Source: Alphaproteobacteria bacterium
GTDB lineage: Bacteria; Pseudomonadota; Alphaproteobacteria; JABAAW01
Length of the DNA stretch: 64,000 nucleotides
Assembly: GCA_965216605.1 (NCBI GenBank)
Contig: CBDCGG010000002.1
Span: 1,025,878-1,089,877, forward strand
Direction of reading: 5' to 3'
The number at the start of each line of letters is the position of its first letter. Within the stretch, counting starts at the first letter, position 1. Both the position numbers and the translations under genes were made by a program. Shown piece by piece: positions 20,087-29,724 of the stretch. Below the pieces are notes generated by a model. The model worked only from the letters and a program-made list of their open reading frames with translations, was not told where the DNA came from and did no database searches.

Positions 20087-21682
20087 ATGTTTGCGCTTAC
20101 CGATATTCTTTGCATTTTGATGCTTGTAACCTCGTTTGGGGCGTTGTTGCTGGGTTTTCCGGTGGCTTTCACGCTGGCGGGAGCAGGCGTTTTTTGGGGG
20201 TTGGTCGGCGTGCTGCTCGGCGTCTTCGACTTCGCCTTCCTTGGTGCCTTGCCGTCGCGGATCTACGGCAACAGCATGATCAATGTTATTCTGATCGCCG
20301 TCCCTCTGTTCGTCTTCATGGGCTTCATGCTGGAGCGATCGAAGGTCGCCGAAGAGATGTTGGAAACGATGGGGGGATTGTTCGGCTCTTTTCGTGGAGG
20401 GTTGGGCATCTCGGTAGCCCTAGTTGGCGGCTTGCTCGCCGCCTCGACGGGCATCGTCGGAGCGACGGTGGTGACGATGGGCTTGCTGTCGCTGCCCAGC
20501 ATGCTGAAGCATCGTTACTCCCCGCGCTTGGCTTGTGGCACGATCTGCGCTGCAGGAACTTTGGGACAGATTGTTCCTCCCTCGATCGTGCTGATTCTGT
20601 TGGGAGACCAAGTGTCGAACGCCTACATCGAGGCGCAGAGGAGCATGGGAAACTTTTCGCCTGAACCCATTTCCGTAGGCGATCTGTTCGCAGGCGCGCT
20701 ACTCCCCGGATTTTTGTTGGTCGGCTTGTACATTGCCTATATCGTTGGCTACGCTTTCTTCCGTCCTGAGGCGGCACCCGCCGTGCCGCGCTCGCAGTTG
20801 CGCGCGGTTTCGCCGATGCAGATTGCAACGGCAATTCTTCCTGCGATAGGGTTGATCCTGGCGGTGTTGGGATCCATCCTCTTCGGCTTTGCCACCTCGA
20901 CCGAGGCGGCGGCGGTCGGTGCCGTCGGAGGCTTGTTGCTCGGCGCCTTGAAGTGCGGCAACAACAAAACGACAACGCGCGTCCTCTACTTTGCCCTAGC
21001 AGCCTTTGTGCTGATGATCACGCTCACCTTCTTCTTCGACATGCGTATCGCGCGCGACAATGCGCCGCTCGTCGATCGCGTAGCCCTTGCGTTCGCTCTG
21101 TTATTAGGCTTTTTCGTCTTGGCATCGCTGGTCTATGCGGCGCGGGTGGTGCATCGCGCAAAAATTTTGACCGAGGTGATGCAGCGCACGATGCAGGTGT
21201 CGTCGATGGTCTTCGTGTTGCTGATTGGCGCGATGATGTTTTCCTTGGCTTTTCGCGCTTTGGGCGGCGACGAGATGGTCGAACAATTCCTGTTGAACTT
21301 GCCAGGAGGCTTTGTCGCGCAGTTGCTCGTCGTGATGTTGCTGATTTTCTTTTTGGGATTCTTTTTGGATTTCATTGAAATCATTTTCGTCGTAGTTCCC
21401 TTGACAGTACCAGTGTTGTTGTTGAGCGGGGTCAGCCCTGTGTGGTTGGGGGTTTTGATCGCGCTCAATTTGCAGACCTCGTTCATGACACCACCGTTTG
21501 GCTTTTCGCTGTTTTACTTGCGCGGGGTGGCGCCGAAGTCGGTGACAACAGGAGATATTTATCGTGGAGTTGCTCCGTTCATCGTCTTGCAGCTCGTCGG
21601 ATTGGCCTTGACGGCTTGCTTTCCGATCCTGACGGACTGGTTGCCGAATCTGCTCTATGGGTCGGACTACTCTCTGCGCTAA
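20087..21682 (+). CDS. TRAP transporter large permease (DctM-like)
   Basis: AASTGIVGATVV, GTLGQIVPPS, NLQTSFMTPPFG. Confidence 0.9.
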   Translation: MFALTDILCILMLVTSFGALLLGFPVAFTLAGAGVFWGLVGVLLGVFDFAFLGALPSRIYGNSMINVILIAVPLFVFMGFMLERSKVAEEMLETMGGLFGSFRGGLGISVALVGGLLAASTGIVGATVVTMGLLSLPSMLKHRYSPRLACGTICAAGTLGQIVPPSIVLILLGDQVSNAYIEAQRSMGNFSPEPISVGDLFAGALLPGFLLVGLYIAYIVGYAFFRPEAAPAVPRSQLRAVSPMQIATAILPAIGLILAVLGSILFGFATSTEAAAVGAVGGLLLGALKCGNNKTTTRVLYFALAAFVLMITLTFFFDMRIARDNAPLVDRVALAFALLLGFFVLASLVYAARVVHRAKILTEVMQRTMQVSSMVFVLLIGAMMFSLAFRALGGDEMVEQFLLNLPGGFVAQLLVVMLLIFFLGFFLDFIEIIFVVVPLTVPVLLLSGVSPVWLGVLIALNLQTSFMTPPFGFSLFYLRGVAPKSVTTGDIYRGVAPFIVLQLVGLALTACFPILTDWLPNLLYGSDYSLR

Positions 21683-22285
21683 GTCATTGCCAAGTCATTG
21701 CCAAGTCATTGCTAAGTCATTCGCGCCTTGTGCGCCGAGGCGTTAGAAGGAGGGGATAAAAAAGCAACTCCTTGCTTATCGTCTCCGCATCGCCCCCGCA
21801 TCACCTCCGAATCACCCCCGAATCACTTTGCCTTGCCTTGGCTTTGCTCGTCTCCGCATACAGCGATCCTCACAAAAAACGCTGAAATATCAAGAGGATG
21901 CTTCCCTCGCCGCTGATTTTTGCTGTGCCTTGCCATCTTCTAGCCTTTTTTAAAAGCAAGAGCTATATTTTTCCAAACAGGAATTTTTTCTCACTTTTCC
22001 CCACTTTTTTTTGTTTGCTCGAAAATATCTTGTTTGACCGCCCTGCCTAGATGATGCCTAGTCAACATTGTCGCTAGCCCGATTCGTCGAACACATCTGT
22101 CCTCAAGATGGCAGGCGCAGGAAGGCAGACAAAAACATTTTCTCCTATTTTGTTGAAAAGAAGCCCTTTTCGACCACGGCGGAGCATCGTCTGGATAACG
22201 CTTGTCCATAAACTTGTCCGTAAAAAGACACCCGCTACTAACACAACTTAACAAGAGACACGATGACGATACCAAGAATAACAGT

Positions 22286-23626
22286 ATGAGCGCGCACATG
22301 GACAACCAGTGGTCTAGGATGCGAGCCATCGTGCGGAGCGAAATCGGCGAATCGGCTTTCGACCGCTGGATCAAAATCTTGACGCTTTCGAGCTGGAACG
22401 GCAAAACCGTAACGATCCTCGCGCCGACGGCAGCGATCAGCTCTTGGGTGCGTCAAAACTATCGCCAGCGTCTGCAACAGCTTTGGCGCGATCTGAACCC
22501 CGATGTCGTCGAGATCGTCATCGCCTCGCCCAGCGAGCTCGATGCCGATGCGGAGGAGGAAGAAGAGAAATCAACTCTTTCTTTGACCCCGCCCTTTTCG
22601 GACAAACCCAATCAGGTGTGGCGTTTCGACAATTTCATCAAGGACGATTCAAACCGAGTCGCCTGCTCGGTTGCCCATTCGCTACCCGACACGCTGTCGC
22701 TGGATCACTCGCCGCTCTATATCTACGGCGGCGTCGGCTTGGGAAAGACGCACATCTTGCACGCGCTGGCAAACCACATCGAACAAACTCACCGATCGAC
22801 GCGCTACCTCCTTCTGACCGCAGAAAAGTTCGCACAAAGCTTTGTACAAGCCTTGAAGCAGCACTCGATCGAAGTTTTCAAGGCGCGTTGCCGCTCCGTA
22901 GATTTCTTGCTACTCGACGATGTCCACTTCCTATCAGGGCGCGACAAGACGCAGGAAGAGCTCATGCATACTTTGGATGCGCTACAGCTGGCGAACAAGC
23001 GAATCGCCTTGACGGCTGATTGTGCGCCAGGTGATTTGGAGTCGGTGCAACCGAGGGTGCGCTCTCTGTTTTCGGGAGGGTTGGTGTGTCGGGTCGAGAC
23101 ACCGTCGCTGGCGTTGCGGCGTGCTATCGTCGAGGAAAAGGTGAAGGGACCGAAGGGGCAGGCGGCGCGCATTCCCGACGAGATACTCGATTTCGTCGTG
23201 GAAAACATAACCGAATCCGTGCGCGTGCTAGAGGGCGCAATCAATCGCATCATCATCCATGCAACCTTGCGCGAGGGAATCATGACCCTCGACTTGGCGC
23301 GCGACTTGTTGAAGGATCTCTTCCATCGCACGCACAGGCGCATCACCATCGACGAGATTCAGCAGAAGGTCGCTGAGCACTACTCCTTGAAGTCGAGCGA
23401 GCTCAACTCAGAGCGACGTTCGCAGGACATTGCGCGTCCTCGACAGATTGCTATGTATTTGGCGAAAAGGTTGACGAATCGCTCCATGCCGGAGATCGGG
23501 CGCAAGTTCGGCGGACGCGACCATACCACCGTCATGCACGCCGTCAAGCGGGTGCAGGGTTTGCGCGAATCTGACGAGGGAGTTGGGCGGGATGTGCAGG
23601 CTTTGCAGCGCATGCTGGAAAACTGA
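22286..23626 (+). CDS. dnaA: Chromosomal replication initiator DnaA
   Basis: Walker A GGVGLGKTH, LLLDDVHFL, domain IV RPRQIAMYLAK..GGRDHTTVMHA. Start chosen at ATG 22286; the ORF is open from 22202. Confidence 0.96.
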   Translation: MSAHMDNQWSRMRAIVRSEIGESAFDRWIKILTLSSWNGKTVTILAPTAAISSWVRQNYRQRLQQLWRDLNPDVVEIVIASPSELDADAEEEEEKSTLSLTPPFSDKPNQVWRFDNFIKDDSNRVACSVAHSLPDTLSLDHSPLYIYGGVGLGKTHILHALANHIEQTHRSTRYLLLTAEKFAQSFVQALKQHSIEVFKARCRSVDFLLLDDVHFLSGRDKTQEELMHTLDALQLANKRIALTADCAPGDLESVQPRVRSLFSGGLVCRVETPSLALRRAIVEEKVKGPKGQAARIPDEILDFVVENITESVRVLEGAINRIIIHATLREGIMTLDLARDLLKDLFHRTHRRITIDEIQQKVAEHYSLKSSELNSERRSQDIARPRQIAMYLAKRLTNRSMPEIGRKFGGRDHTTVMHAVKRVQGLRESDEGVGRDVQALQRMLEN

Positions 23627-23680
23627 CCGCTTGCTTTCGCAAGCTCTCGTGCAAGATTTTATTGTAGAGAGGCGCTTAAG

Positions 23681-24577
23681 ATGACAGAGAGGATTGCTCT
23701 TCTGATCGCTTTGTCGGCGGCATTGTGTTGGGCAATGGGCGGCATGATCGCGATGAATGTCACGCGCAGAGTGGGCGCGATTGCTTTCAACCGTTGGCGG
23801 ATGATTGGGGTGTTCTGCTTGTTGGCGGCGGTTTGTCCGTGGCTATCTTTGGGAAACTATCCGACTATCGAGCAGGTTGTGTTGTTGTGTCTTTCGGGTG
23901 TAATAGGAATTTTCTTGGGGGACACTTTCTTGTTCGTTGCTTTGTCGAGGTTGGGACCTCGTCGTATATCGATGTTGTTTGCAGGCCACGCGCCTCTGAC
24001 CGCCTTATTGGGATTCTTCGTTTTGTCCGAGGTCTTGACTTGGACGCAGGTGGGGGGGGTGGGATTGGCTTTTTCGGGAATTCTCGTCGCGGTATTTTAC
24101 GGCAAGCGTGCCGACAAGATCGATCAGTGGGAGGAACTTCACGGTAGCTTGTTCGTCGCCATAGGGCTGGGGTTTTTGGCGGCGTTGGGGCATGCGTTGG
24201 GCGCGTTGTTTGCGCGTCCCGTGATGGAGGCGGGCGTTGATCCGCTACTGGCGACTTTGATACGTGTCGGTGTTTCGGTAGTGGGATATTTGTTGTTGTG
24301 GTTGTTGCCTTATCGAGAGCTACGGGCAAAGGAGGCTTTGGGGATTAGGGGGGTTGGCACAGTGTTGTTGAGTGGCTTTGTCGGAATGGTTTTGGGCGCG
24401 AGTTTGTATGTTTATGCTTTGGGGGGGGCGGAGGCGGGCATTGTTGCGACTTTGGGATCTATGAGTCCGGTATTAGTTTTGCCTTTTTTGTGGATACGTA
24501 ATGGCTATCCTCCGGCGCCGTTGGCGTGGGTCGGCGCGGCACTGGCGACGGCGGGGGCGGCGTTGATCTTTGCTTGA
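23681..24577 (+). CDS. DMT/EamA family transporter
   Basis: Ten hydrophobic segments in two repeats; SGVIGIFLGDTFLF..LGPRR motif. Confidence 0.85.
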   Translation: MTERIALLIALSAALCWAMGGMIAMNVTRRVGAIAFNRWRMIGVFCLLAAVCPWLSLGNYPTIEQVVLLCLSGVIGIFLGDTFLFVALSRLGPRRISMLFAGHAPLTALLGFFVLSEVLTWTQVGGVGLAFSGILVAVFYGKRADKIDQWEELHGSLFVAIGLGFLAALGHALGALFARPVMEAGVDPLLATLIRVGVSVVGYLLLWLLPYRELRAKEALGIRGVGTVLLSGFVGMVLGASLYVYALGGAEAGIVATLGSMSPVLVLPFLWIRNGYPPAPLAWVGAALATAGAALIFA

Positions 24578-24603
24578 GGTGAGTGTGCAACGGATAGCGG
24601 CAC

Positions 24604-24748
24604 TGTCCCAAAAAACGGGACTCGTATATTGACGAGTAAACGAACGCGCGCTACGCGCGTAGATTATTGCGGGGGAACTTCGTCTGCTCTAAGCTACGCT
24701 CGCTCGTCTTGCGTTTCCGTCAAAGCGCGAGTCCCGTTTTTTGGGACA
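24604..24748. mobile_element. 145-bp MITE-like element with perfect 21-bp terminal inverted repeats
   Basis: TGTCCCAAAAAACGGGACTCG (24604-24624) and its exact reverse complement (24728-24748); the interior shares GCGGGGGAACTTCGTCTGCTCTAAGCTACGCTCGCTCG with 8431 onward. Confidence 0.8.
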
Positions 24749-24754
24749 CTACCT

Positions 24755-25813
24755 CTACCTGTTTAAGTTCACAAAACCTACCGCCCGTCTAACCTCCTCC
24801 ATCATCCCCTCGCTCAACGCACGCGCACGCTCCCCACCTCTCCGCAATACCTCCCTCAAATATAACTCGTCACCGCGCAATCTCCGCATCTCCTCTCCTA
24901 AAGGAACAATCTTTTCTCCCAAAACCTCGATCAAAATATCCTTGAACTTCGCAAAACTCATCCCCCCAACATCCCCCAATGCATCCTCCACACTAACCCC
25001 ACGCAAAGCAGCATATATACCTAATAAATTCTTCGCCTCCAACCGCCCCTCCAAACCCGCCTCCTCGCTCGGTAAAACAGCCGAATCCGTCTTCGCCTTC
25101 CTAACCTTCAACGCTATATCGTCTAACCCGTCCGTCAAATCAATACGACCCATCGCAGAAGCCTCCGACTTCGACATCTTCGTAGAACCATCGCGCAACG
25201 ACATCACTCGCGCCCCCGAAGAAAATATTAACGGCTCAGGTAAGGGAAAAATATCTACTCCATAACTATAGTTAAACCGCTGCGCAATATCGCGCGTCAA
25301 CTCCAAATGTTGTTTCTGATCATCTCCAACAGGGACATGCGTTGCGCCATACAACAATATATCCGCCGCCATCAAAATAGGATACACATACAATCCAACG
25401 CTCGCTTGCTCTCGATCCTTGCCCGCCTTCTCCTTGAACTGCGTCATACGCGATAACCACCCCATCCGCGCTTGGCACGACAAAATCCATCCTAACTCGG
25501 TGTGATGCAGATTCGAAGACTGAACAAACAAGACCGAACGCTCCGTATCGATCCCACAAGCAAGCAACGCCGCCGCCATCGAAAGAGTCTGCTCGCGCAA
25601 CTTCTCTTGCGAGACCGTGATCGCATGACAATCTACCAAACAATAGAGCGTCCGCCGCGCACGCCCCTGCGTTGAAACCCAGTTCCTCACCGCTCCCAGA
25701 TAGTTGCCTAAGTGCAAACCCCCGCTAGGCTGAATGCCAGAGAAAATACAACCCAGCATCTCGCATGACTTGCTGCTCGAAGGATGGCGAGGAGTATCGG
25801 TAGCGTCCGTCAT
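24755..25813 (-). CDS. trpS: Tryptophanyl-tRNA synthetase
   Basis: FSGIQPSG.LHLGNYLGA, YPILMAADIL, VPVGDDQKQHLE, KMSKS; ATGA overlap with the murJ stop. Confidence 0.96.
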   Translation of the reverse strand: MTDATDTPRHPSSSKSCEMLGCIFSGIQPSGGLHLGNYLGAVRNWVSTQGRARRTLYCLVDCHAITVSQEKLREQTLSMAAALLACGIDTERSVLFVQSSNLHHTELGWILSCQARMGWLSRMTQFKEKAGKDREQASVGLYVYPILMAADILLYGATHVPVGDDQKQHLELTRDIAQRFNYSYGVDIFPLPEPLIFSSGARVMSLRDGSTKMSKSEASAMGRIDLTDGLDDIALKVRKAKTDSAVLPSEEAGLEGRLEAKNLLGIYAALRGVSVEDALGDVGGMSFAKFKDILIEVLGEKIVPLGEEMRRLRGDELYLREVLRRGGERARALSEGMMEEVRRAVGFVNLNR

Positions 25814-27471
25814 GCTTTCTTGCGGGAGAACCATTGTTTCAATTCTTGCGACGAGAAAATTCGTAATCCCGCAACGCTCAAGATATAGACGAAGACAGCC
25901 CCCGCAATCAAGAGTGCCAACATCAATCCTCTCTGCCACGCAAAAGCGAACTCAAAAACAAACCCATGAGATTGTGGCAGAACCTCCCTCACTGCCAGCA
26001 GGTAGGCTGCCAGCACCGTCGAGGCGATCGAAATTTTTATAAACCTCGTGAAGAAGTCGCGCTCGATGCGCCAATACCCCTTCGCCAACACGCCAGCAAG
26101 CGTTGCCCCCATGTTGCCCCAAGCGGCGATGGCGACGGCGAGCGCGATGCCTCTGTAGCCGAACAGCGGCGTGAGGCTTGCCGCCAGCAAAACATTCGCC
26201 AACAGCGAGAGGAAAGAAAGCGCAAGCACAAGGAGCGCCTGTTGGAAGGCGAAGAGAACGGCGAGCAACGGACGCAGCATCGTGAAGGCGGGCAACGCGC
26301 AGGCGAGAATAGCTAGCAGAGTAGCGGCGCGTGCGCTTGCCTCGGCAGAGAAGGCACCGTATTGGAATAGGGTTGCAACGATCGGGTGCGCGAGCAAGCC
26401 CAGCCCGAGCGCGCACGGTAGCGCGAGCGCGAGCAGCATAGCAAAGGCTTGGCTTTGCGTTCGCTGGAGTGTTTTGTGATCGCCTTCTGCGCGCAAGCGG
26501 GCGATCTCAGGCAGTAGCACGCTTGCCATGGCGACGGCGACGATGCCGATCGGCAGTTGCAGCAGGCGTTCGGCGTAGTAGAGAGACGCGATGACACCTG
26601 TCCCCATCTTGGAGGCGAAGTATTGGTTGACGAGAAAGGCTATTTGAACGAAGCCATGTCCGCCGAGCGCAGCGAGGAATAGCGTCAGAAAGGCTTGGCG
26701 GTCTTTGTGAATTTGTTGGCGGATTTGTTGGCGAACAGCTGTGGAGGCGGGGCGGCGCAGCAGGGGTTGTGCTCCGATGCGGCGGCAACCTCGATAAGCG
26801 AGCAGGCTTTGCACGATGCCGGCGGCAAGCAGGGCTGCAAGCAGCGTGAAGGCGAGCGTTTGCGGGTTGGCTTTCAGCAGGCTCGCGGGCAGCAGCACGG
26901 CGATGAGCGCGCCGTTGAGCACGAGCGGCATCGACGCGTAGAGGGCGAAGTATCCGTGCGCGCTGAGAACGGCGCACAGCAGGGCGGTCGTCGCAACGAG
27001 CGGCAGGTAGAAAATGGCGAGCCGCGACAGATCGACGGTCAGGCGAAAGGTCTCCTCGACGGCAAGGAACCCTTCCGCAAGCGTTGCCACAACCGAGGGC
27101 ATAAAGACCGCGAGCATAACAGAGAGCGTGAAGGTTACAACGAGCAGCGAGAGCAACAGCGAGCCACTAAGATACTGGTGTATTGGATTGTGAGTTTCTT
27201 CGGCTTGTGATTGCTGTCGTCGCTTTTGATAGACGGGGACAAGCGACGATGCAAGCGCACCATCCGCGAGCAGGTTACGAAAGAGGTGAGGAAATCTATA
27301 GGCGAATAGGAAGGCATCGGCGGTTGCCGTCGCACCGAGCGTGATGGCAAGCAAAATATCTCGCGCAAAGCCGAGCAGGCGGCTCAAGGCTGTCCACGAG
27401 GCGAAGACAGAGGCAGAGCGTAGAGGGGCAGCAGCAGGGTGAGGAGCAGGGGAAGGAGAAGGCGCGGGCAT
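25810..27471 (-). CDS. murJ: Lipid II flippase MurJ (MviN)
   Basis: SRLLGFARD, ADAF..AYRFPHLFR, YYAERLLQLPIG. Confidence 0.92.
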   Translation of the reverse strand: MPAPSPSPAPHPAAAPLRSASVFASWTALSRLLGFARDILLAITLGATATADAFLFAYRFPHLFRNLLADGALASSLVPVYQKRRQQSQAEETHNPIHQYLSGSLLLSLLVVTFTLSVMLAVFMPSVVATLAEGFLAVEETFRLTVDLSRLAIFYLPLVATTALLCAVLSAHGYFALYASMPLVLNGALIAVLLPASLLKANPQTLAFTLLAALLAAGIVQSLLAYRGCRRIGAQPLLRRPASTAVRQQIRQQIHKDRQAFLTLFLAALGGHGFVQIAFLVNQYFASKMGTGVIASLYYAERLLQLPIGIVAVAMASVLLPEIARLRAEGDHKTLQRTQSQAFAMLLALALPCALGLGLLAHPIVATLFQYGAFSAEASARAATLLAILACALPAFTMLRPLLAVLFAFQQALLVLALSFLSLLANVLLAASLTPLFGYRGIALAVAIAAWGNMGATLAGVLAKGYWRIERDFFTRFIKISIASTVLAAYLLAVREVLPQSHGFVFEFAFAWQRGLMLALLIAGAVFVYILSVAGLRIFSSQELKQWFSRKKA

Positions 27472-27503
27472 AGAGAGAACCTAGCACATGCTATGCTTTT
27501 TCC

Positions 27504-29627
27504 ATGTCCTCGCCGCGCCCGACCATTCTCAATCCTTTCTTCGTCTCGCTCTCGACGCTCAAGGGCGTCGGACCACAACGGCTGCTCGCCCTAGAAAAGC
27601 TCTGCTCCGAAAACCGAATTCTCAACCTGCTCGCCCACGCGCCCAAAAGACATCAGCCACGATACAAAATCCACAGCATCACCGATCTCCCAACGCCACA
27701 CGACATCCCTCCCCACATCGCCATCGTGCTGCGCATCACGCAACACATTCCTCCCGCAACACCCAAATTGCCCTACCGAATCCTCTGCGCCGACAAGAAC
27801 AACAACGCCATAGAACTGCTCTGGTTCCAAGCCAAAGCCGCCGCCATGCACGCTCGCTTGCCCGAAGGAGAAAAACGCACCCTCTGCGGAAGCCTGTCCG
27901 ACTACCAAGGCAAAGCGCAACTCGTCCATCCCGAACAGATCCTCCCCGAAGCCGCCTTCTCCGCTCTCCCCGAAAACGAACCCCAATGGCGACTGACACA
28001 CGGCATCACCCGATACACGCTCAAACAACTGCTGTTGCACGCGCTCGAGCGCGTTCCAACCCTGCCCGAATGGCAGCCCGAACAAACGCTGAGAGCCAAC
28101 GCATATCCATCCTTTCGCCAAGCGCTCTTCGAACTGCACACCGCCGAGGAAGAAAAAAGCTGTCGTGCGCACGCTCGACTCGCCTACGACGAACTCTTCG
28201 CCCATCACCTCGCCTTGGCGCTCGTCAAACGACACTGGGGGCAGAACAACAAACGAGCGACAAATGCCAATCCCGCCGCCGCAGAAGAAAAACTCGAAAC
28301 CTTTCACAACAACCTCCCCTTCTCGCCGACCGCAGCACAGCGGCGCGCCGTGCTCGAAATACGCAACGACCTAGAGGCAGAAGGGCGCATGCTGCGTCTG
28401 CTGCAAGGCGATGTCGGCAGCGGCAAAACATATGTCGCAGCATGCGCGCTCTTGTGCGCAACCGCCGAGCGCGGACAAGCCGTGCTGATGGTGCCCAGCG
28501 ACATACTCGCACGACAGCATGTCGCAACGCTACAGGCGTGGTTCTCGCCGATGGGAATCGAGGTGGCGTTGCTATGCGGCTCGCTCGCAAAAAAAGAGCG
28601 CGAAGAAAACCTGCAGCGTATCGCAAGCGGTGCGGCTTCGATCGTCGTCGGCACGCACGCGCTATTTCAAAAGGGAGTTCTCTATCGAGATTTGCGTCTT
28701 GCCGTCATCGACGAGCAGCATCGATTCGGCGTCTATCAGCGTGCGGCACTGCTATCTAAGTCTTCCTCGCCCGATGTCTTGGTCATGAGCGCGACACCCA
28801 TTCCTCGCACCTTGATGCTGTCAGTGTGGGGAGGAATCGCGCTCTCCCGCTTGGACGAGAAGCCCGCAGGCAGGAAACCCATCGAGACCAGAACAATCTC
28901 CCTACGACGCATCGAGGAAGTCTTGTCCGCCGTCGAGCGATGGCGTGCGGCGGGCGACAAAATATATTGGGTTTGTCCTGCCATCACAGAGAGCGAGCCA
29001 AGTAGCGATTCAGGCGTTGCCAGAGTTGTGTCGGTCGAGGAGCGCGTTCGTATTTTGCGATCTCGGTTTGCGTCGGACAGGGTTGTGTTTTTGCACTCGA
29101 AGCTTTCTTCCGACAGACGAGCGGAGGCTCTGCAGCGTTTTGTTGCGGGCGATGCGGACATTCTTGTTGCGACGACGATGATCGAGGTTGGAATCGACAT
29201 TCCTTCTGCCAGAGCGATCGTCATTGAGAATGCCGAGCATTTCGGATTGGCGCAGTTGCATCAGTTGCGCGGACGAGTGGGTCGTGACGGTGGGGCGGCT
29301 CGTTGTTTGTTGTTGTTTGACGGGGATGCGGGGGAGGAGGCTCGATCGAGGCTGTCGATTCTACGAGAGACGCAGGACGGCTTTCGCATTGCAGAGGAAG
29401 ATTGGCGATTGCGAGGTAGCGGCGATCCTCTGGGGGTGAGGCAGAGTGGCTTGCCGCAGTTTTTGTTTGTCGATTTTGCCGAGCATTACGGGATGGCGAA
29501 ATTTGCTGCGGAGCAGGCTCGTGTTTGTGTCGAGGACGATCCGTGGTTGCGCGGGCGGGAGGTCTTGCGATTGTTGCTGGCATTGTTCGAGCAGGGTGAG
29601 AGCTTGGAGATGGTCGAGGCAGCGTAA
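27504..29627 (+). CDS. recG: ATP-dependent DNA helicase RecG
   Basis: LLQGDVGSGKT, VIDEQHRFGV, MSATPIPRT, QLHQLRGRVGR, DGFRIAEED..LRGSGD. Confidence 0.96.
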   Translation: MSSPRPTILNPFFVSLSTLKGVGPQRLLALEKLCSENRILNLLAHAPKRHQPRYKIHSITDLPTPHDIPPHIAIVLRITQHIPPATPKLPYRILCADKNNNAIELLWFQAKAAAMHARLPEGEKRTLCGSLSDYQGKAQLVHPEQILPEAAFSALPENEPQWRLTHGITRYTLKQLLLHALERVPTLPEWQPEQTLRANAYPSFRQALFELHTAEEEKSCRAHARLAYDELFAHHLALALVKRHWGQNNKRATNANPAAAEEKLETFHNNLPFSPTAAQRRAVLEIRNDLEAEGRMLRLLQGDVGSGKTYVAACALLCATAERGQAVLMVPSDILARQHVATLQAWFSPMGIEVALLCGSLAKKEREENLQRIASGAASIVVGTHALFQKGVLYRDLRLAVIDEQHRFGVYQRAALLSKSSSPDVLVMSATPIPRTLMLSVWGGIALSRLDEKPAGRKPIETRTISLRRIEEVLSAVERWRAAGDKIYWVCPAITESEPSSDSGVARVVSVEERVRILRSRFASDRVVFLHSKLSSDRRAEALQRFVAGDADILVATTMIEVGIDIPSARAIVIENAEHFGLAQLHQLRGRVGRDGGAARCLLLFDGDAGEEARSRLSILRETQDGFRIAEEDWRLRGSGDPLGVRQSGLPQFLFVDFAEHYGMAKFAAEQARVCVEDDPWLRGREVLRLLLALFEQGESLEMVEAA

Positions 29628-29724
29628 GAAGAAGCAGGAAGGGTGGCATCGTTTGTTGTCTGTGGTTGTTGTTTGTTGTAGAGTCCGTCTCATGCAGAGC
29701 TTAGCTATGGACACCGGTGGAGAT

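Noticed and set aside
21683-22285. oriC upstream of dnaA
   Set aside because: Only degenerate boxes and no clear AT-rich unwinding element; the local skew flip has terminus-like polarity and recurs at many other places.
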